A DNA stretch of 63,390 bases, filler included, from Reclinomonas americana ATCC 50394 (lineage: Eukaryota), in NCBI GenBank assembly GCA_048213135.1. It is 18 parts of 18 records of this genome, joined end to end, with 100 filler letters (N's around TTAATTAATTAA, not from the genome) between each part and the next. Parts side by side here need not be neighbours in the genome. Positions count along the whole stretch, not along the records: positions 1 to 2,119 come from AFZH01021491.1; positions 2,220 to 9,501 come from AFZH01021492.1; positions 9,602 to 11,798 come from AFZH01021493.1; positions 11,899 to 17,717 come from AFZH01021494.1; 14 more parts are not named here. One strand, 5' to 3'. How positions within the stretch are numbered: position 1 is the first letter of the stretch; every line of letters begins with the position of its first letter. The translations under genes and the position numbers were made by a program. The notes under the pieces were generated by a model. It saw only the letters and a program-made list of their open reading frames with translations, did no database searches and had not been told where the DNA came from. Shown in pieces: positions 1 through 13,057 of this stretch.

Positions 1-148
1 CTTGTCGGTCGTCGTCTCTCTCTCTCCTCCTCTCTCTCTCTCTCTCCCTTCTCCCTTCCACCTTCTCTTTCCCCCCTTCTCCCCCTCCCCCCTCCCCCAC
101 TCCCCCTCCCCCTTCTCCCCTCTTCCCCCCCTTCACCCTTCCTCCGCA

Positions 149-1940
149 CCGTTGAGAGAACATACTCGAGCGTCAGACCGCACACGCCAACAAAGGCGAG
201 CGCCAGCATCTCGTACGCCTGGCCAAACACATCGTTGACGCGCCACAACTTGATCGCCACCCACACGCAGAAAATGACAAAGATCGCACTAGCCGTCGCC
301 GACACTGTGTCGTCGACGAGCGAATACTGGAGCGCAAGGCGGTGAGGCACACTGTGTGCACAGATATATACAGGGTACAGAGAGGCGCACCGTGGTGAAC
401 TCGTACTGATCGCCGTCCAGCAATCCCGCTGCGAAGGCTCAATGAAGTGAGTGACACTTCACCACACACACTTTCGTGTAGTCGACAACGCAACCCAAGT
501 TGGCCAGCAAGTACGCCACACATGTGCACGTGAAGAGGATAAAAAGTCGCCAGAAGCGCAGCCATGGTCTCAGCTGACGATATCGGGTGAGGTGAGGGTC
601 GGACGACTCCTTCCTATTCTCGAAGCAAACAACTGACCTTCGCCACATTCGCCACGCTGTCTGTCTTCGTTGACTTGAGCTCGTTGATGCGAACCATGAC
701 TTGGAAGCGCACCGCGCGCACCTGTGCATTTGGAGGGAGTGTGAGTGGGGGAGGGGAAGGACGGAGGTCGAAGGGAGGGGAAGGGGAGAGAAAAAATGGG
801 GAGAGAGACGGCACGGAGCGACAATCACTTGCGAGAACAAGACAGGGAGGAAGAAAGAGCGAGGAACAAGAGATTGAGACCACGAGCGAGACGGAGGGGA
901 GGAGTGAAAAGAACGCAACAAGCTGTACAGGAGAGCAAACGACAACAATGAAATGGGTCAGGGAGAACAAACAGCAGGCCTGCATCTGTCCACGAGAAAA
1001 GGGAGAAAGGGAGAAGACAGAGTGCGGAACAAGAGATTGAGACCACGAGCGAGACTGAGGGGAGGAGTGAAAATAACGGAACAAGCTGTACAGGAGAGCA
1101 AACGACAACAATGAAATGGGTCAGGGAGAGCAAACAGCAGGCCTGCATCTGTCCACGAGAAAAGGGAGAAAGGGAGAAGACAGAGTGCGGAACAAGAGAT
1201 TGAGACCACGAGCGAGACAGAGGGGAGGAGTGAAAAGAACGCAACAAGCTGTACAGGAGAGCAAACGACAACAATGAAATGGGTCAGGGAGAGCAAACAG
1301 CAGGCCTGCAGCTATCCACGACAAAGGGAGACAGGGAGAAGACAGAGTGCGGATCAAGAGATTGAGACCACAAGCGAGACAGCAAACACTGGAGGGGAAA
1401 GAACGCAACAAGCTATGTCAACAAGGAAAAAGAGAGCAAAAACATCAATGAAACGAGAGAAGAAGCCCAGGGAGAACACAGAACAGGAGGGCCTGCATCT
1501 ATCCACGAGAAATGGGAGACAGGGAGAAGACAGAGTGCGGATCAAGAGATTGAGACGACGAGCGAGACTGCAAACACTGGAGGGGAAAGAACGCAACAAG
1601 CTGTACAGGAGAGCAAACGACAACAATGAAATGGGTCAGGGAGAGCAAACAGCAGGCCTGCAGCTATCCACGACAAAGGGAGACAGGGAGAAGACAGACT
1701 GAGGAAGAGACAATGAAGCCCCTCTCATCCCTCCCTCCCTCCCTCCCTCCCTCCCTCCCTTCCCCCTTTCCCTCTCATCCCTCCCTTCCCCCTCATAACA
1801 AACCACCACAATCCCATAGAAAACACTCTGGAACGCATCGCCGAGGTAATCAAGTCGGCTGTCAGCCACGCGCGCCAGCACCGCCTTTTCACGCGGAATA
1901 AATAGCAAGTCAGACAACAATGCAACACCATCGTGACACA

Positions 1941-1941
<1 letters not shown>
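149..1941 (-). CDS. Multi-exon 7TM receptor-like membrane protein (7TM-RGS / class C-like TM region), partial
   Basis: Manually spliced exons give ...QSVFYGIVVVCYE / VRAVRFQVMVRINELK... / LRPWLRFWRLFILFTCTCVAYLLANLGC / ...SAIFVIFCVWVAIKLWRVNDVFGQAYEMLALAFVGVCG. These are successive TM helices, and KLWRVNDVFG.xE resembles the loop before TM6 in protist 7TM-RGS proteins. Both ends are truncated. Confidence 0.45.
860..1700. repeat. Intronic tandem repeat, unit about 163 bp, about 5 copies
   Basis: GA(A/T)CAAGAGATTGAGAC recurs at about 864, 1027, 1190, 1352 and 1540, and the intervening sequence is near-identical in most units. Confidence 0.9.
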
Positions 1942-2030
<89 letters not shown>

Positions 2031-2119
2031 GAAGAAGACGACGTCGTGTACGTAACGTAACGCTACGACTAACTTCTTCGTCGTCGTACGTACCGTACCT
2101 CGTCCCGTCGTTCCGGTAC

Positions 2120-2219
2120 NNNNNNNNNNNNNNNNNNNNNNNNNNNNNNNNNNNNNNNNNNNNTTAATTAATTAANNNNNNNNNNNNNNNNNNNNNNNNN
2201 NNNNNNNNNNNNNNNNNNN
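2120..2219. other. Artificial scaffold spacer (N-run, TTAATTAATTAA, N-run), the first of about 20 in the window
   Basis: The same six-frame stop linker sits between N runs at every gap. Confidence 0.97.
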
Positions 2220-2257
2220 CTCTACTCCCGTTCGTCGGTCGTCGTCGTCGACGTAGT

Positions 2258-2296
<39 letters not shown>

Positions 2297-2716
2297 AGAG
2301 AGAAGAGAGAGCAGAGCGAAGAGAGACAGACAAGAGAACGCTGTGTCTAAAGCCTGCAATCTTCAAGACTCTTCTTCTTGTCTCTCTCTCTCTTGCCCTC
2401 CCTATCTCCTCTCTCTCACACACACCTGAATCAGCGTATACCCCGCCACAGACATGTACGCGACAATCAGCAACAGCGGCCTCCTCACCCAAATATGCCT
2501 GCATGCACACAAACAAGTCAAACACACACACACTCTCACTCTCTCTCCTCACACACAACAACAAGAACGCAACGAGCGATGTCTCAACACCACCAGCGCC
2601 ACCGCCACCAACACACCGACACACACAAGCGCCACTTGCATGTAAAACACAATCTTGGGGCATCTATAGTCATACAACATCTTCTCTCTCTCCCTCCTCT
2701 TATCGCCAAGCACTCT

Positions 2717-5700
2717 TCACAAGTGTTTATTGATGGCGTCGTCGTCGTCGTCGATATCGACGTTGCCTTTGCGGCCAACACCACCGTTGCCAATGGAGCC
2801 ACTGGTCAGCGCCGCGAGCATCCCGCCCGCGGCCACCGACACCCCGCCGCCGCTCAGCATGCGCGTGTAGACCAGGTAGAGCACGATCAGCACCCACCCC
2901 GTGATGCCGAGGAAGATCCACAGGTCGGTGCCGGTGGTGGTGGTCGCTGCTGCTGCTGCTGCTGCGAGGCTGGTGGCCGAGGTGCGAGGGAGAGGTTGGT
3001 AGGCTGGTGGAGGTCGGCGACGACGGGCGGATTGGCGTTGTTGGCGGCGACGAGGGCGAGCAGGAGGAGGAGGAGAAGCGCTGCTGTTGTCGTCGTCTTC
3101 GTCTTCTGTGTTGCGTTGGCGGCGGCGGATTGGCTTCTTCGGTGGTGGTTTCGTCGTTGAGCGGCGTGTTGGAGGTGGTGGTGGTGGTTTTCGTGTTTGG
3201 TGTCGGCCGGGTGCGGGGCGACGAGCTGGCGGTGGTGGTGGTGGTGGTTCGTCGACCTCCTCCTCGTCGTCCTCATCCAACAAGTCGTTGTCATCGTTGT
3301 CATCGTCAACGTCTTCGTCGTCTGTTGGCGTGTCGAGATCCAGCGGCGATGTTGGTGGCGGTGGCGGCGGTGGCGGCGTCGGTTTCTTCGGCACCTTGTT
3401 ACGTGTTGGTGGCGGTGGTCTTGGTCGATCTCCATCCTCCTTGTTGTTCACCACTGGCTCCTCCTTGTCCTCCTCTTTCTTCACTGGAGGCGGCGGTGGT
3501 GGTGGCGGAGGAGGTGGTGGTGGCGGTGGTGGCGGCGGTGCAGGCTTGGTGGTTGCTGCAGGCTTCGGCTTGGTCGCCGTTGTTGGTTTTGGCTTTGTTG
3601 GCGGCTTTTGACGCGTCTTACTGGCTCCACTCACAGCCGCCTACTCCACGCATGAGTCACTCACTCGACACGGCATGTGTATGCAGACAACACTCACCGT
3701 CGGCGTCACCTGCGGCAACTCGGCCACCAGCCCTGACGGATGCTCGAACTGCACCACCAGCGTGCGAATGTCGGCCGGCTCAATGGTCAGCTCATAGTCG
3801 TTCGCGTCGTCGGTGGCGAGCAAGTGGCGCCGGGGACCCTTGCGCGCATTCTCCAGCGCCGATGCCGAAATGAATACGCCCTCCTCGTCTGCAAATGAGA
3901 AGAACCCACTCAGTTATTCGTGGTGCGACTTGCCAGCGATTGAGTAGTAACGCACCGGCATTTTGACTCTCGGCCGGAAAGAGGCGACCCGAGGCGGTGA
4001 TGGACGAGAATGTGACCTTTTCGTTGCTGGCCTCGAACAGCTGATCCGACGGCACCCATTCTTCGTCATCTACACACAGATTGAGTGACGAAGAACGAGT
4101 GCTTCTGTGCACGGAGAGCGACAAACCAAACGCCAAATTCAACGACGTGGACACCACCGACGTGATGGCCAACTGCGTGGGGAAGGCATCGCTCAATGCG
4201 CGAGTCTGTGATGCAATCCGAATCGTTGAGAAGCTTGACGAGCGACGATGATGCGATAGACAAGCGCAACCGTTGGTTTCGCCAACATGTTTTGCATGCG
4301 TAGAACGATCTCGCGAGAGAGACCGTCGCGCAACGAGAAACTGACCAGCAACGTGTCGTCAGGAATGCGCCCTGCATCTCCCACCACTTCTTGTGAGAAG
4401 AACGGAACCAGCGCACGACGGACATTCCACTCACGTTTCAGTGCGGAAAAGGCGACACGAGCAGTGGCCTTGCTGTCGTCGTGCGTCGCATCGCTCAGCG
4501 GAGCGACAAACTTGGCCAGCGGGAAATTCATGCGCCACCACGATTGCCGGTATGCCACCGGCCACTGCAACAGCAGCAACAACAGCGCATAAGGGGCAGG
4601 GTGCTTGACAGACACAACTCTTGCCAGTCACAAACCTGCAACGAGCTCTGCTCATCAATGCTGTCTGGCGGCACAAAGCCGATCAGCAGATTCAGCGATG
4701 CCGGTCGACCGTCGTTGTTTCCCTCGCCCATGCCTGCAACGCGACACAGGTCAGCACGAGCTCACCAGAATATGCACATGAGAAATAAATGCACCTCGGC
4801 CATCATCTGACGAGAGCCGGCGATGCAGCATGAGTTCCAGGCAATCGGCGCCGCACGTGGCAAATCCAGCGGCTCGCGAGGTCAGCATCTAATCGCCGGC
4901 TGGTGAGGCACGAACAAGAGTTACACCGGCAAAGTGTAAGAAGCAACGCACCGTCATGTGCACCGAGTTGGTGCGCAGCATCACGCCCATGACCGCGGGA
5001 CTGTAGGCCGCAGCTGCCGTGTTGCTCGAGGTCGAATCTCGTCGTCTCTCGCGCACTCCCATGCCATCCAGCAGCCACATGACATTCTGGTGATTGACGT
5101 CGGTGTGGAACCTGAACAGCGGCAGCAGCGCATGAGTTCCTTGAAGACAGGCGGATCACGGGACGATCGAGCAACTGACCTGGCAATGATTTCTTCGTCG
5201 GCCCCAATCGGTTCCATGTCAATTGACACTTGGATGCCGTGAGTCATTTCCCGGTCCAACGGCACCTGCTTACCGTTGCCACCTGCAGCAAGTATACAGT
5301 GAGATGAGGAGGAAGCGACGAGTGGCACAGGTCCCGCAATTGACGCACGTGTTTCTTGCGCGTCTTTGAAGAGGCGCACCGTCATGGTCAATTTGCGCGA
5401 CACCAACTGTACCGGAGTCAGGAATACCATCATTCGCTTCGATCCTTGTTTCTCTCACACACACACCTTCATCTCCTCCACCAGCGGACCGACCGTCTTC
5501 ACCAGTGCAAAGCCAGAGCGGAAGGCCTTGCCGGGTTCGGATTCGGGTCGGAAAATGTACGCGCCACTCCGTCGCGTCCGGTAGGTGAGAAACTGTGGCG
5601 GAAGCAGGTAAGTCAGTCATGGAGAAAGCAGTGGAAACAAGAGGTGCGCGACCGAACCTCTTGGTCAAACTTGTAGCGCGTGCCACTCGGCTTGTGTACG

Positions 5701-8700
5701 ACGGCAGCAACAAAATCACCGTGCGCGTCGGCGTGTCGGTGAAACAGCACTGTGACCATGAGGTGAGTTTCGTTCGTCATTCCTTTCATGTACGGTCGAC
5801 GTCACCTTGATATACATCATTCTCGATCGACAAGTCGGCCTCGGAGGCCGTGGACAGTGCATTGTACCGGACAGAGCCAGTGGCGGCACCGCGCCCACCT
5901 CCGCGCAGACCACCTGAGACGACACAAGACGGAGGTGAGAAGCATGTCAGATGATCCATCCACTCCATCAACACGTGCCTTGGCCAGTGTGGAACACAGT
6001 CGACGTGCTGGCTGACGACAGATCCTCTCCCGACGTGCAGCCAGCCGGACTCGTCCGCTTTGCACTCGCACCGGCACACAAAAAATACGTGGAGATGCCG
6101 ACGGCCGGCGTGCTGGTGGCCGAGGTGACCACTCGACGAACCGGTGCATCTTCACGAGGAACGGATGAGCCACATCAGCGACACTGCTACCCCTTCGCAG
6201 AACGCACCCGTCACTTGGACGCCCTCGTCAGACCACTCAATCATCGGCAGCTCCTGCGTTCGCAGACTCGTGCCCTTGTTGTCCAACACGCGCATGCAGC
6301 CAGCACCCTCCTTGCCTCCCGAGCGGGAGGACGCAGTGCAATCGATCCACAGTGGCGCGTTGGAGTGAGCACCAAGCGGATTCACGGCAACCACTCTGAC
6401 ATGCTCCATCTTGCTGTTCACGGCCAGCGTCGGGGCGGCCGCCAAGTTGTCCACCTCCTCCTGGTGCTTGTCCGAGAGCAGTTCGAGGGGTGCGTCGGCA
6501 ACGAGCACGTCCTGCACGACGAATCATTCAGATAGACGCGAAATTGAAAAAGGATACATAAACAGATTGTAACCTTTGGCAGCAAAAGTGTGCGCAAGAG
6601 GCGCACAGACGTGTCGCGCGCCAGCGACGAGGCGTTGTCTAACATGGTAAAATAGTCGTGCATAACCGGTCCCCTCGAGGTGCCTGTGATGCTGTCGTGG
6701 TGTTGCGTGGTGGCCAGCAGCTGCACGACACGGGTGAGTAATGAGGAAGCACGTGCTGTCAAGGAAGTGGACAAACCCATCGCGCCGATTGCACCGACGA
6801 GAATGAATCGGCCAAGCCTCGCTCGCCCTCCACCACATCGTAGCCAGTGGCCACCGTCACCGCCAGCACTGTGCGCGATGAAGAAGGGTAAGAACCTTAC
6901 CATAACGTGCGCACTCTTCAGCCCCTCGCGCAACATGTTTCGGCCACGCGCAGTTGTGCTTGCGTCTCTCGAATGCGCGACTTGAAAAACGGATGCGTCG
7001 TGTAGTACCCCTGCACGAGAATGAATGAGCAAATCGCGAAGATGTGCGAATCATGTTCTCGCTTTGCCGCACCGTCCAATACGAGTCCTCATTGTCGGCA
7101 TACGGCATGAATGTGCCGGTAAAGACGGGGAACTGCACGTCTGGCGTGCGCTGCAACGCCTCAAAGTAGTCCGACGGCGTGGCGTACTCAATGTGCACGT
7201 CGAACGAAGGATTGGCGTTGATGTGAGCTGCGAGTAGAGGTTGGCGACCGAAGGAGGGAGCGAAGGAAGAGAGCATACGTACCAATGAGCTTGTCCATGT
7301 TGCGGTACTGCAGCTCGGCGTTCTTGAATTTGAAGTCGTCGCCGAACGGGATGAAAACATTGCGGGAGCGGTATGAATTGGCCCGATTCTATGTACAGAA
7401 TGAGGTGGCGAAGGCAGGGAAGTAAGCACACTCCTCCGTCACCACACCTTGATGTGATCCACCAACTCTTGCGCACGATACTGCATGTTGTGGTCTTGCA
7501 CCTCGGGGCTGTGCTCCTCGAAATCGAATCCTCTGTACAGCGTCGGCGGCGGGATGAGTGCCTCTGCACACACAAATCCCCATCACCTCCGAGCACATAA
7601 CTTGGGTGACGCGTAATGCGTGTGCATCGTGTGCGTGAGAATGCCGGGCTTGCCAGAACCGTCGGGCTTCCAGATAAACTCGAGTGCCTTCGACTGCTTC
7701 ATGGCGTCCTTGATGTGATGATGCACGCGATTGATCACCAGCGCCTCCATGCCGCACCGCAGATGCAACGAGGCGCTCTCGGCACCGTGTCCGAACGGAT
7801 CGATTTGCCATCCGATTCGCGGGCGCACGCCGAGTTTTGATCGCAGGTACTCGCTGCCCTCGGTGTACTGAACAATCACAGAGGGAGAGGGAGAGATGAG
7901 AGGGAGAGGGATACAGGGGAAGGGGAAGGGGGAGCGAGGGAGAGGGGAGAGTGGGAAAGGGGAAGGGGAAGGGGGAGGGAGGGGGAGAGACAGAGACAGA
8001 AGGAGGGACAGCAAGGAACAGAGTGAGAGAGAGAGAGAGAGAGAAGAAAGAGAGGCATGGAGAGCGAGAAGAGCAAGAACGCCAGCAACAACAAGAGGAA
8101 AGTTAAATGGAGAGAGCAATGAGAAGAGTGAGGCACTTGCTGCACAGCGAGCACTCGCCTCTCCCTGCCAGGATGATCGAGAAAGGCGGAAGGAAACGAG
8201 AGAGATGAAGAGGGAAAGAGAGAGGGGGAGGAAGAGAGAGCAAGAGGAGAAGAGGACATGGAGAGAGGGATAAACAACACCAGTGAACAAGAGGAAGTGA
8301 TCATGAGGAGAAAAAAGAACGAGCGAGGCAAGGGTTCAATTCCTTCTTCCCTCTCCCTGCCTAGATGATCGAGAAAGGCGGAAGATAGCGAGAAAGAGGG
8401 AGAGGAGCAGAGGCAGACTGAGAGAGAGAGAGAGGGACACAAGAAAGAGAGAGGGGGGTGGGGACGCAGTGAGAGTGAAAAACAACAAGAGGAAAGATCT
8501 GGAGGAGAACCCTATGCGATGAGTGAGGCACGGGCTGAACAACAAGCATTCCTTTCCTTCTTCCCTCCCCCGGCATGAATGATCGAGAGCGGAAGACAAC
8601 GAGAAAACGAGGAAGGGATAGTGAGGGAAAGAAGAGTGGAGATAAAGCGCCAGCGACAACAGAGTAACAGATCAGGAGGAGAGAACAAAGAGAAGAGCGA

Positions 8701-9160
8701 GGCAAGCGCTCCTTTCCTTCTCGCCTCTCTCAGTATGGCTGATCGAGAGAGGCAGAGAGAGACAGAGATGCAAAACGCAACGACATCGACCAGTGCGCTG
8801 TAGTCCGGCAGCCCTTCGTCAGGCTGAATCCAGTGACCTGCAACGCGCGTCTCGCTCAGCCTCAATCACGCACAGAGAATGAAAGTGAAGCAAGACCTCC
8901 AACAAACTCCCAGCGTCCCTGCTGCACGAGCTCCTGCACAAACTGTCGATCCTCAATCGACGCCTCCTCGTACCATCGATGGAAGAACGAACTGCAGCGC
9001 ACATTAGACAGACACAAGGAGAGAGACAGAGAAAGAGAGACACGCAACGTTTCCGCCCAAGTAAACTTTCGCGCCGAGTTGCCTCGCAACGCCGCCAGCA
9101 CCGATCGGAAGATGTTAGAGACCTCAGAGCGGTAGTAATCCTCAAAGGTCTTTAACCAGC
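2717..9160 (-). CDS. GH38 class II alpha-mannosidase with C-terminal Pro-rich stalk and TM helix; multi-exon, 5' end in gap
   Basis: Motifs GWLKTFEDYY, KFTWAE, WEFVGG-GWIQPDE, RIGWQIDPFGH, FMPYADNEDSYWT, QHHDSITGTS and C-terminal TIEPADIRTLVV. An in-phase 57-nt intron (3697-3641) links this to ORF 2717-3640 (poly-Pro, acidic tract, TM LWIFLGITGWVLIVLYLVY). Confidence 0.93.
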
Positions 9161-9193
9161 CTGACGAAGAGAGAAAGGGAGTGAGAGATTGAA

Positions 9194-9225
<32 letters not shown>

Positions 9226-9606
9226 AAGAGAGGGAGAGTTAGAGTGAGTGAGGAGAGTTAGAGTGAGTGAGGGAAGGGAGAAAGAGAACGAAAGCGATTG
9301 AGGAGGAAGAAAAGGAAGACTGCCAGGCAGAGGAGATGTGCAGAGCGACACAAAGAGAGAAAGGCAAAGAGGGAAAGGGAGGGAGGGAGGGAGGAGTGAG
9401 GAAGAAAACGAAAGCAACGTGTGAGAAGAGAAGAGAGAGAGAGGGGACAGAAAGCAGATCGCAAAGCAGGTTAAAGATGCGCAGACAGACAGACAGAGAG
9501 GNNNNNNNNNNNNNNNNNNNNNNNNNNNNNNNNNNNNNNNNNNNNTTAATTAATTAANNNNNNNNNNNNNNNNNNNNNNNNNNNNNNNNNNNNNNNNNNN
9601 NAGAGT

Positions 9607-9704
<98 letters not shown>

Positions 9705-9730
9705 GGGTAGAGAGAGAGAGAGAGAGAGAG

Positions 9731-9790
9731 AGTTGAACTTGGTCATCAAGACAGCTGTTGCTTGTTTGTTGGTGAATGAATTTGTTGTTG
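9731..9790 (-). repeat. Dispersed repeat copy A (truncated by microsatellite)
   Basis: GTTGAACTTGGTCATCAAGACAGCTGTTGCTTGTTTGTTGGTGAA is the exact reverse complement of about 18675-18719. Confidence 0.85.
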
Positions 9791-10102
9791 TTGGGAGAGT
9801 GTGTGCTTGGGAGTGTGTATGTGTTTAAGTGTTTGAGATACAGCGAGGGAACGAAGAGACTCTCCACAGTTTGACATGCATCATGCAAGTGCTGTGGAGT
9901 TCTTATCACCGCATTTCTCTTCTCTCACAACCGCGCGTTTCGCCCTGCACGCCTCCTGCACTGCCGTTCATCTCTGCTGCTTTCTGTTTGTCCTATCTCG
10001 CGTGCTGCGCTCCACAGAGCCAGACATCTCCCCTTGGTTCCTTTTCCATGTTCATCCTTGCTCTTCTCTTAATCACCCCTTCCTCCTTCTTCCCTCTCAC
10101 AG

Positions 10103-11798
10103 GAGGCCCTGGTGGAGAAATGTGCCTTCCTCTGTGAAGAGGGCCACATGTCGGTGGTGTCACAAATCCTCCTGCACCACGTGCGCACGCGGCAGCCGCT
10201 CCCCGTGGACTGGCTCGGGATGGACCGCGCCGCGGGCAGGAGCTCACCTGTGCGCGAGTCTCCTCCGCCCACGTCGCCGCCCTCGCCGCCGCTGCCGCGC
10301 TCTCGCGCCGACGACGATGAACAAGAAGAAGAAGCAGTTGGCGACGAAGAAGAAGAAGATGTGGCGGTCGACGATGGCAAGGCCGCCGAGGACGAGCAGG
10401 TGGAGCAGCAACGGGATGAGGAGGCAATAGATGAGCCGCAGCGCGTGGTACCGCCACTGCTCAATGGCGACCGAGCGATAGCGCAGCCACTGGCGCGGCC
10501 ACCCAGTGGCTCTGGCGTCGGCGACATTGCCACGGAATCGGTGGTGAACATGCTGCGATCGCGACCGCTGTTGCCGCCACCGCCACACGTCTCATCGTAC
10601 GCGCCACCGGCCCTGGACGAAACCATGGACCTGAACGACGTTTCGATTCAGCATCGCATGCCACGACCGGCCCTCGGCAGCGACTGGTACATTCCGCGTG
10701 TCGGCGACCGTGTCAGTGTCACTCGCCAGTTGAGACTCGGCACGGTGCGTTTCGTGGGCGAGACCGCGTTTGCTGGCGGGTTGTGGGTCGGTGTGGAGCT
10801 GGACAAGCGAGGTGCGTTTGTGTCATGAAAGGGGGAGGAAGAGGAAGCAGAGGAACTCACAAAAAATGCTTGTTCGTGCAGAGGGTCGCAACGACGGCTG
10901 CATCGATGGTGTCAGTTATTTCCGCTGCAATGCTGGCCATGGCGTGTTTGTGCGCCCCGAGTCCGTCACTCCGCTGCCGTCTGCCACGTCGGTGAGTGGG
11001 AGGAGAAGGGAGAGAGAGAGAGAGAAGAGGAGAAGAGAAAGAGAGGAGGGGGGAGAGAGAGGAGGGAGAGTGAGATAGCCGAGGCAAGGAGGAGTGGAAG
11101 GAAGAGTAGAAGAGAAGTGAGAGATAAGTGTGAAAAAGTGTGCAACAGAGTGTGCGAGACGAGGAGAGAGAGAGAGAGAGAAAGAGAAAAAGAGGAGAGA
11201 CAGAGAGTGAGAGAGCCAAAGCAAGGAGGAGTGGAGGGAAAGAAGAAGAGTAGTGAGAGACAAGTGTGGATTGGTTGCAAAAAGAGATAGAAGGACAGAT
11301 GAGAGAGAAAGAAAGAACGAGTGCGAGAGATGCTTCTGTGTTGGAAAATAACTTCTCCACACAGCCGCTGCACAGCAACGACCGCCGATCATCGGCCTCC
11401 AGCGCTCGCCGCAAGTCATCCATTCGCCGTCCGTCCTCGTCATCCTCGTCGCTATCATCCTCAGCATCGTCGTTGGCATCGTCCGCCGCGCCAGCTGCTC
11501 CTCCGTTCGACCCCTTTGCCTCTCTGCGTCACGGCAGTGTGGCTTCTGCGGGAGGAGAGCAGGTGAAAGCGCCGAATCGCAGACAATCGGCGGCCTCGTC
11601 GTCCACCGACGCCAGCCAATCAGTGGCGCGTGGAGGAGGTTTGCCACCTACTCTTACGTGATCACTCTCTCCCTCATTGCTGATTTGTGATGACGCACGC
11701 AGAAACCACCGACACATGGATGCTCAAGTTTTGCGCCGAAGGCCAGTCGTTCTGTGACTGGTTGGTGGCCCAGTTGTCGACCGATTTGAAGGAGTCGC
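10103..11798 (+). CDS. CAP-Gly domain protein (microtubule-binding), partial
   Basis: VGDRVSV..GTVRFVGETAFAGGLWVGVELDK-[intron]-EGRNDGCIDGVSYFRCNAGHGVFVRP is a canonical CAP-Gly domain with a GKNDG-like motif. Confidence 0.9.
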
Positions 11799-12031
11799 NN
11801 NNNNNNNNNNNNNNNNNNNNNNNNNNNNNNNNNNNNNNNNNNTTAATTAATTAANNNNNNNNNNNNNNNNNNNNNNNNNNNNNNNNNNNNNNNNNNNNGG
11901 TCACTGCCACTCTCCCTATTCTTCATCCTCCCCTCCTCTTCTCTGTTCCTCCCTCTCCCCCTCTGTGATCCGTTTCGTTCGAAAAATGTTCATGCGTTGC
12001 ATAGCTGCGCTAGTGTGCTCACACTCCGCAC

Positions 12032-12969
12032 AGTGCTCGACCAGTACTGTCGTGTGGTGGCCAAGTATGCCGAAGCACAACTGCTGGCCATGGACAAGGA
12101 CTTGGCGGTGGAGATCTCGAGCAATCTGGTCGTACCGCGTTGCACGCTCACCATCAACGTCGATCGCAGCCCGGCTGCCGAGCTGGGTCCGCATGCGCAA
12201 ATGTATGGCATTGAGCCTGTGCCTGGCGAACCCGACTTGCTGGTGGTAGCGACGGTGCGTGTGTATAGTGTGCAATCGTGTGGAGTGAATCCTGCTTCTC
12301 ACTATTCAGTGCATGAGAGCAGATTCGCGGCGATCGACACACCCTGGACCAGTGGAAGCATGACCTGAGACAGCGCCACCTGGAGCAGCAGCGTGAGCAG
12401 GCTGCGCTGCGGCAGGCTGAATTGCAACGGCAGCGACAGAAGCAGATGGAGGAGGAACTGGCGCGGCAGGTGAGCGCGATCGTCTTGGCGGCATTTCTTT
12501 GACAATCAATCTCATGCATTCGTGTGTTCAGTCGGAGGAGTTGCGGAACTGGGAGGCTCGTGAGCGCGAACTGCAGTTGGAGCAGCAGCGGTTAGCTGAG
12601 GCGCAAGCAGAGGTGGAGCGCGCGCGCAGAATCAAAGAGGAATGGGAACGACAGCAGCAGCATCAGCAGCAGCAGCAGCACCCGCCATCGTCGCGATCAA
12701 GCATCATCACCACCGATTTGCCGCCCGTGTCGACGACGGAGAAGAGTCGTGAGCACAAGTCACCGTCGCCACAGCCTGCTGCAGAGGAGAGTCCTGCTTC
12801 ACCACCACAAGCAGCAGGTGCCCGATCACCACCGGCTCCACTGCAAGTGCCTCTCTCGTCGGCAGCGATCGAGGTGATTGAGGCGGAGCATGTGACGCCA
12901 ACCAGTCCGACAGCGTACGCGTGGCACGAGGAGGTCATCACCACCACCACGGTGATTGACGAGTACTGA
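12032..12969 (+). CDS. 3' exons of a coiled-coil protein, possibly the continuation of the CAP-Gly gene across the gap
   Basis: GT-AG bounded exons encode E/Q/R-rich coiled coil (EELRNWEARERELQLEQQRL...), ending at TGA 12969. Confidence 0.55.
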
Positions 12970-13057
12970 GTGGCGCCCCGGTCTCTGTTTTCTCCCTCCC
13001 TCATTCAATGAACTTTTTTCTGGGGGGTCGTTCATCGTTAGGTACATTAGCAGTTCG

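Noticed and set aside
860..1700. CRISPR-like regular repeats
   Set aside because: Whole units repeat without unique spacers, there are no cas genes, and the context is a eukaryotic intron.
3007..3873. Antisense plus-strand ORFs over GC-rich exons (also about 42233-45490, 45938-47035)
   Set aside because: These are shadow ORFs of high-GC coding sequence on the opposite strand.
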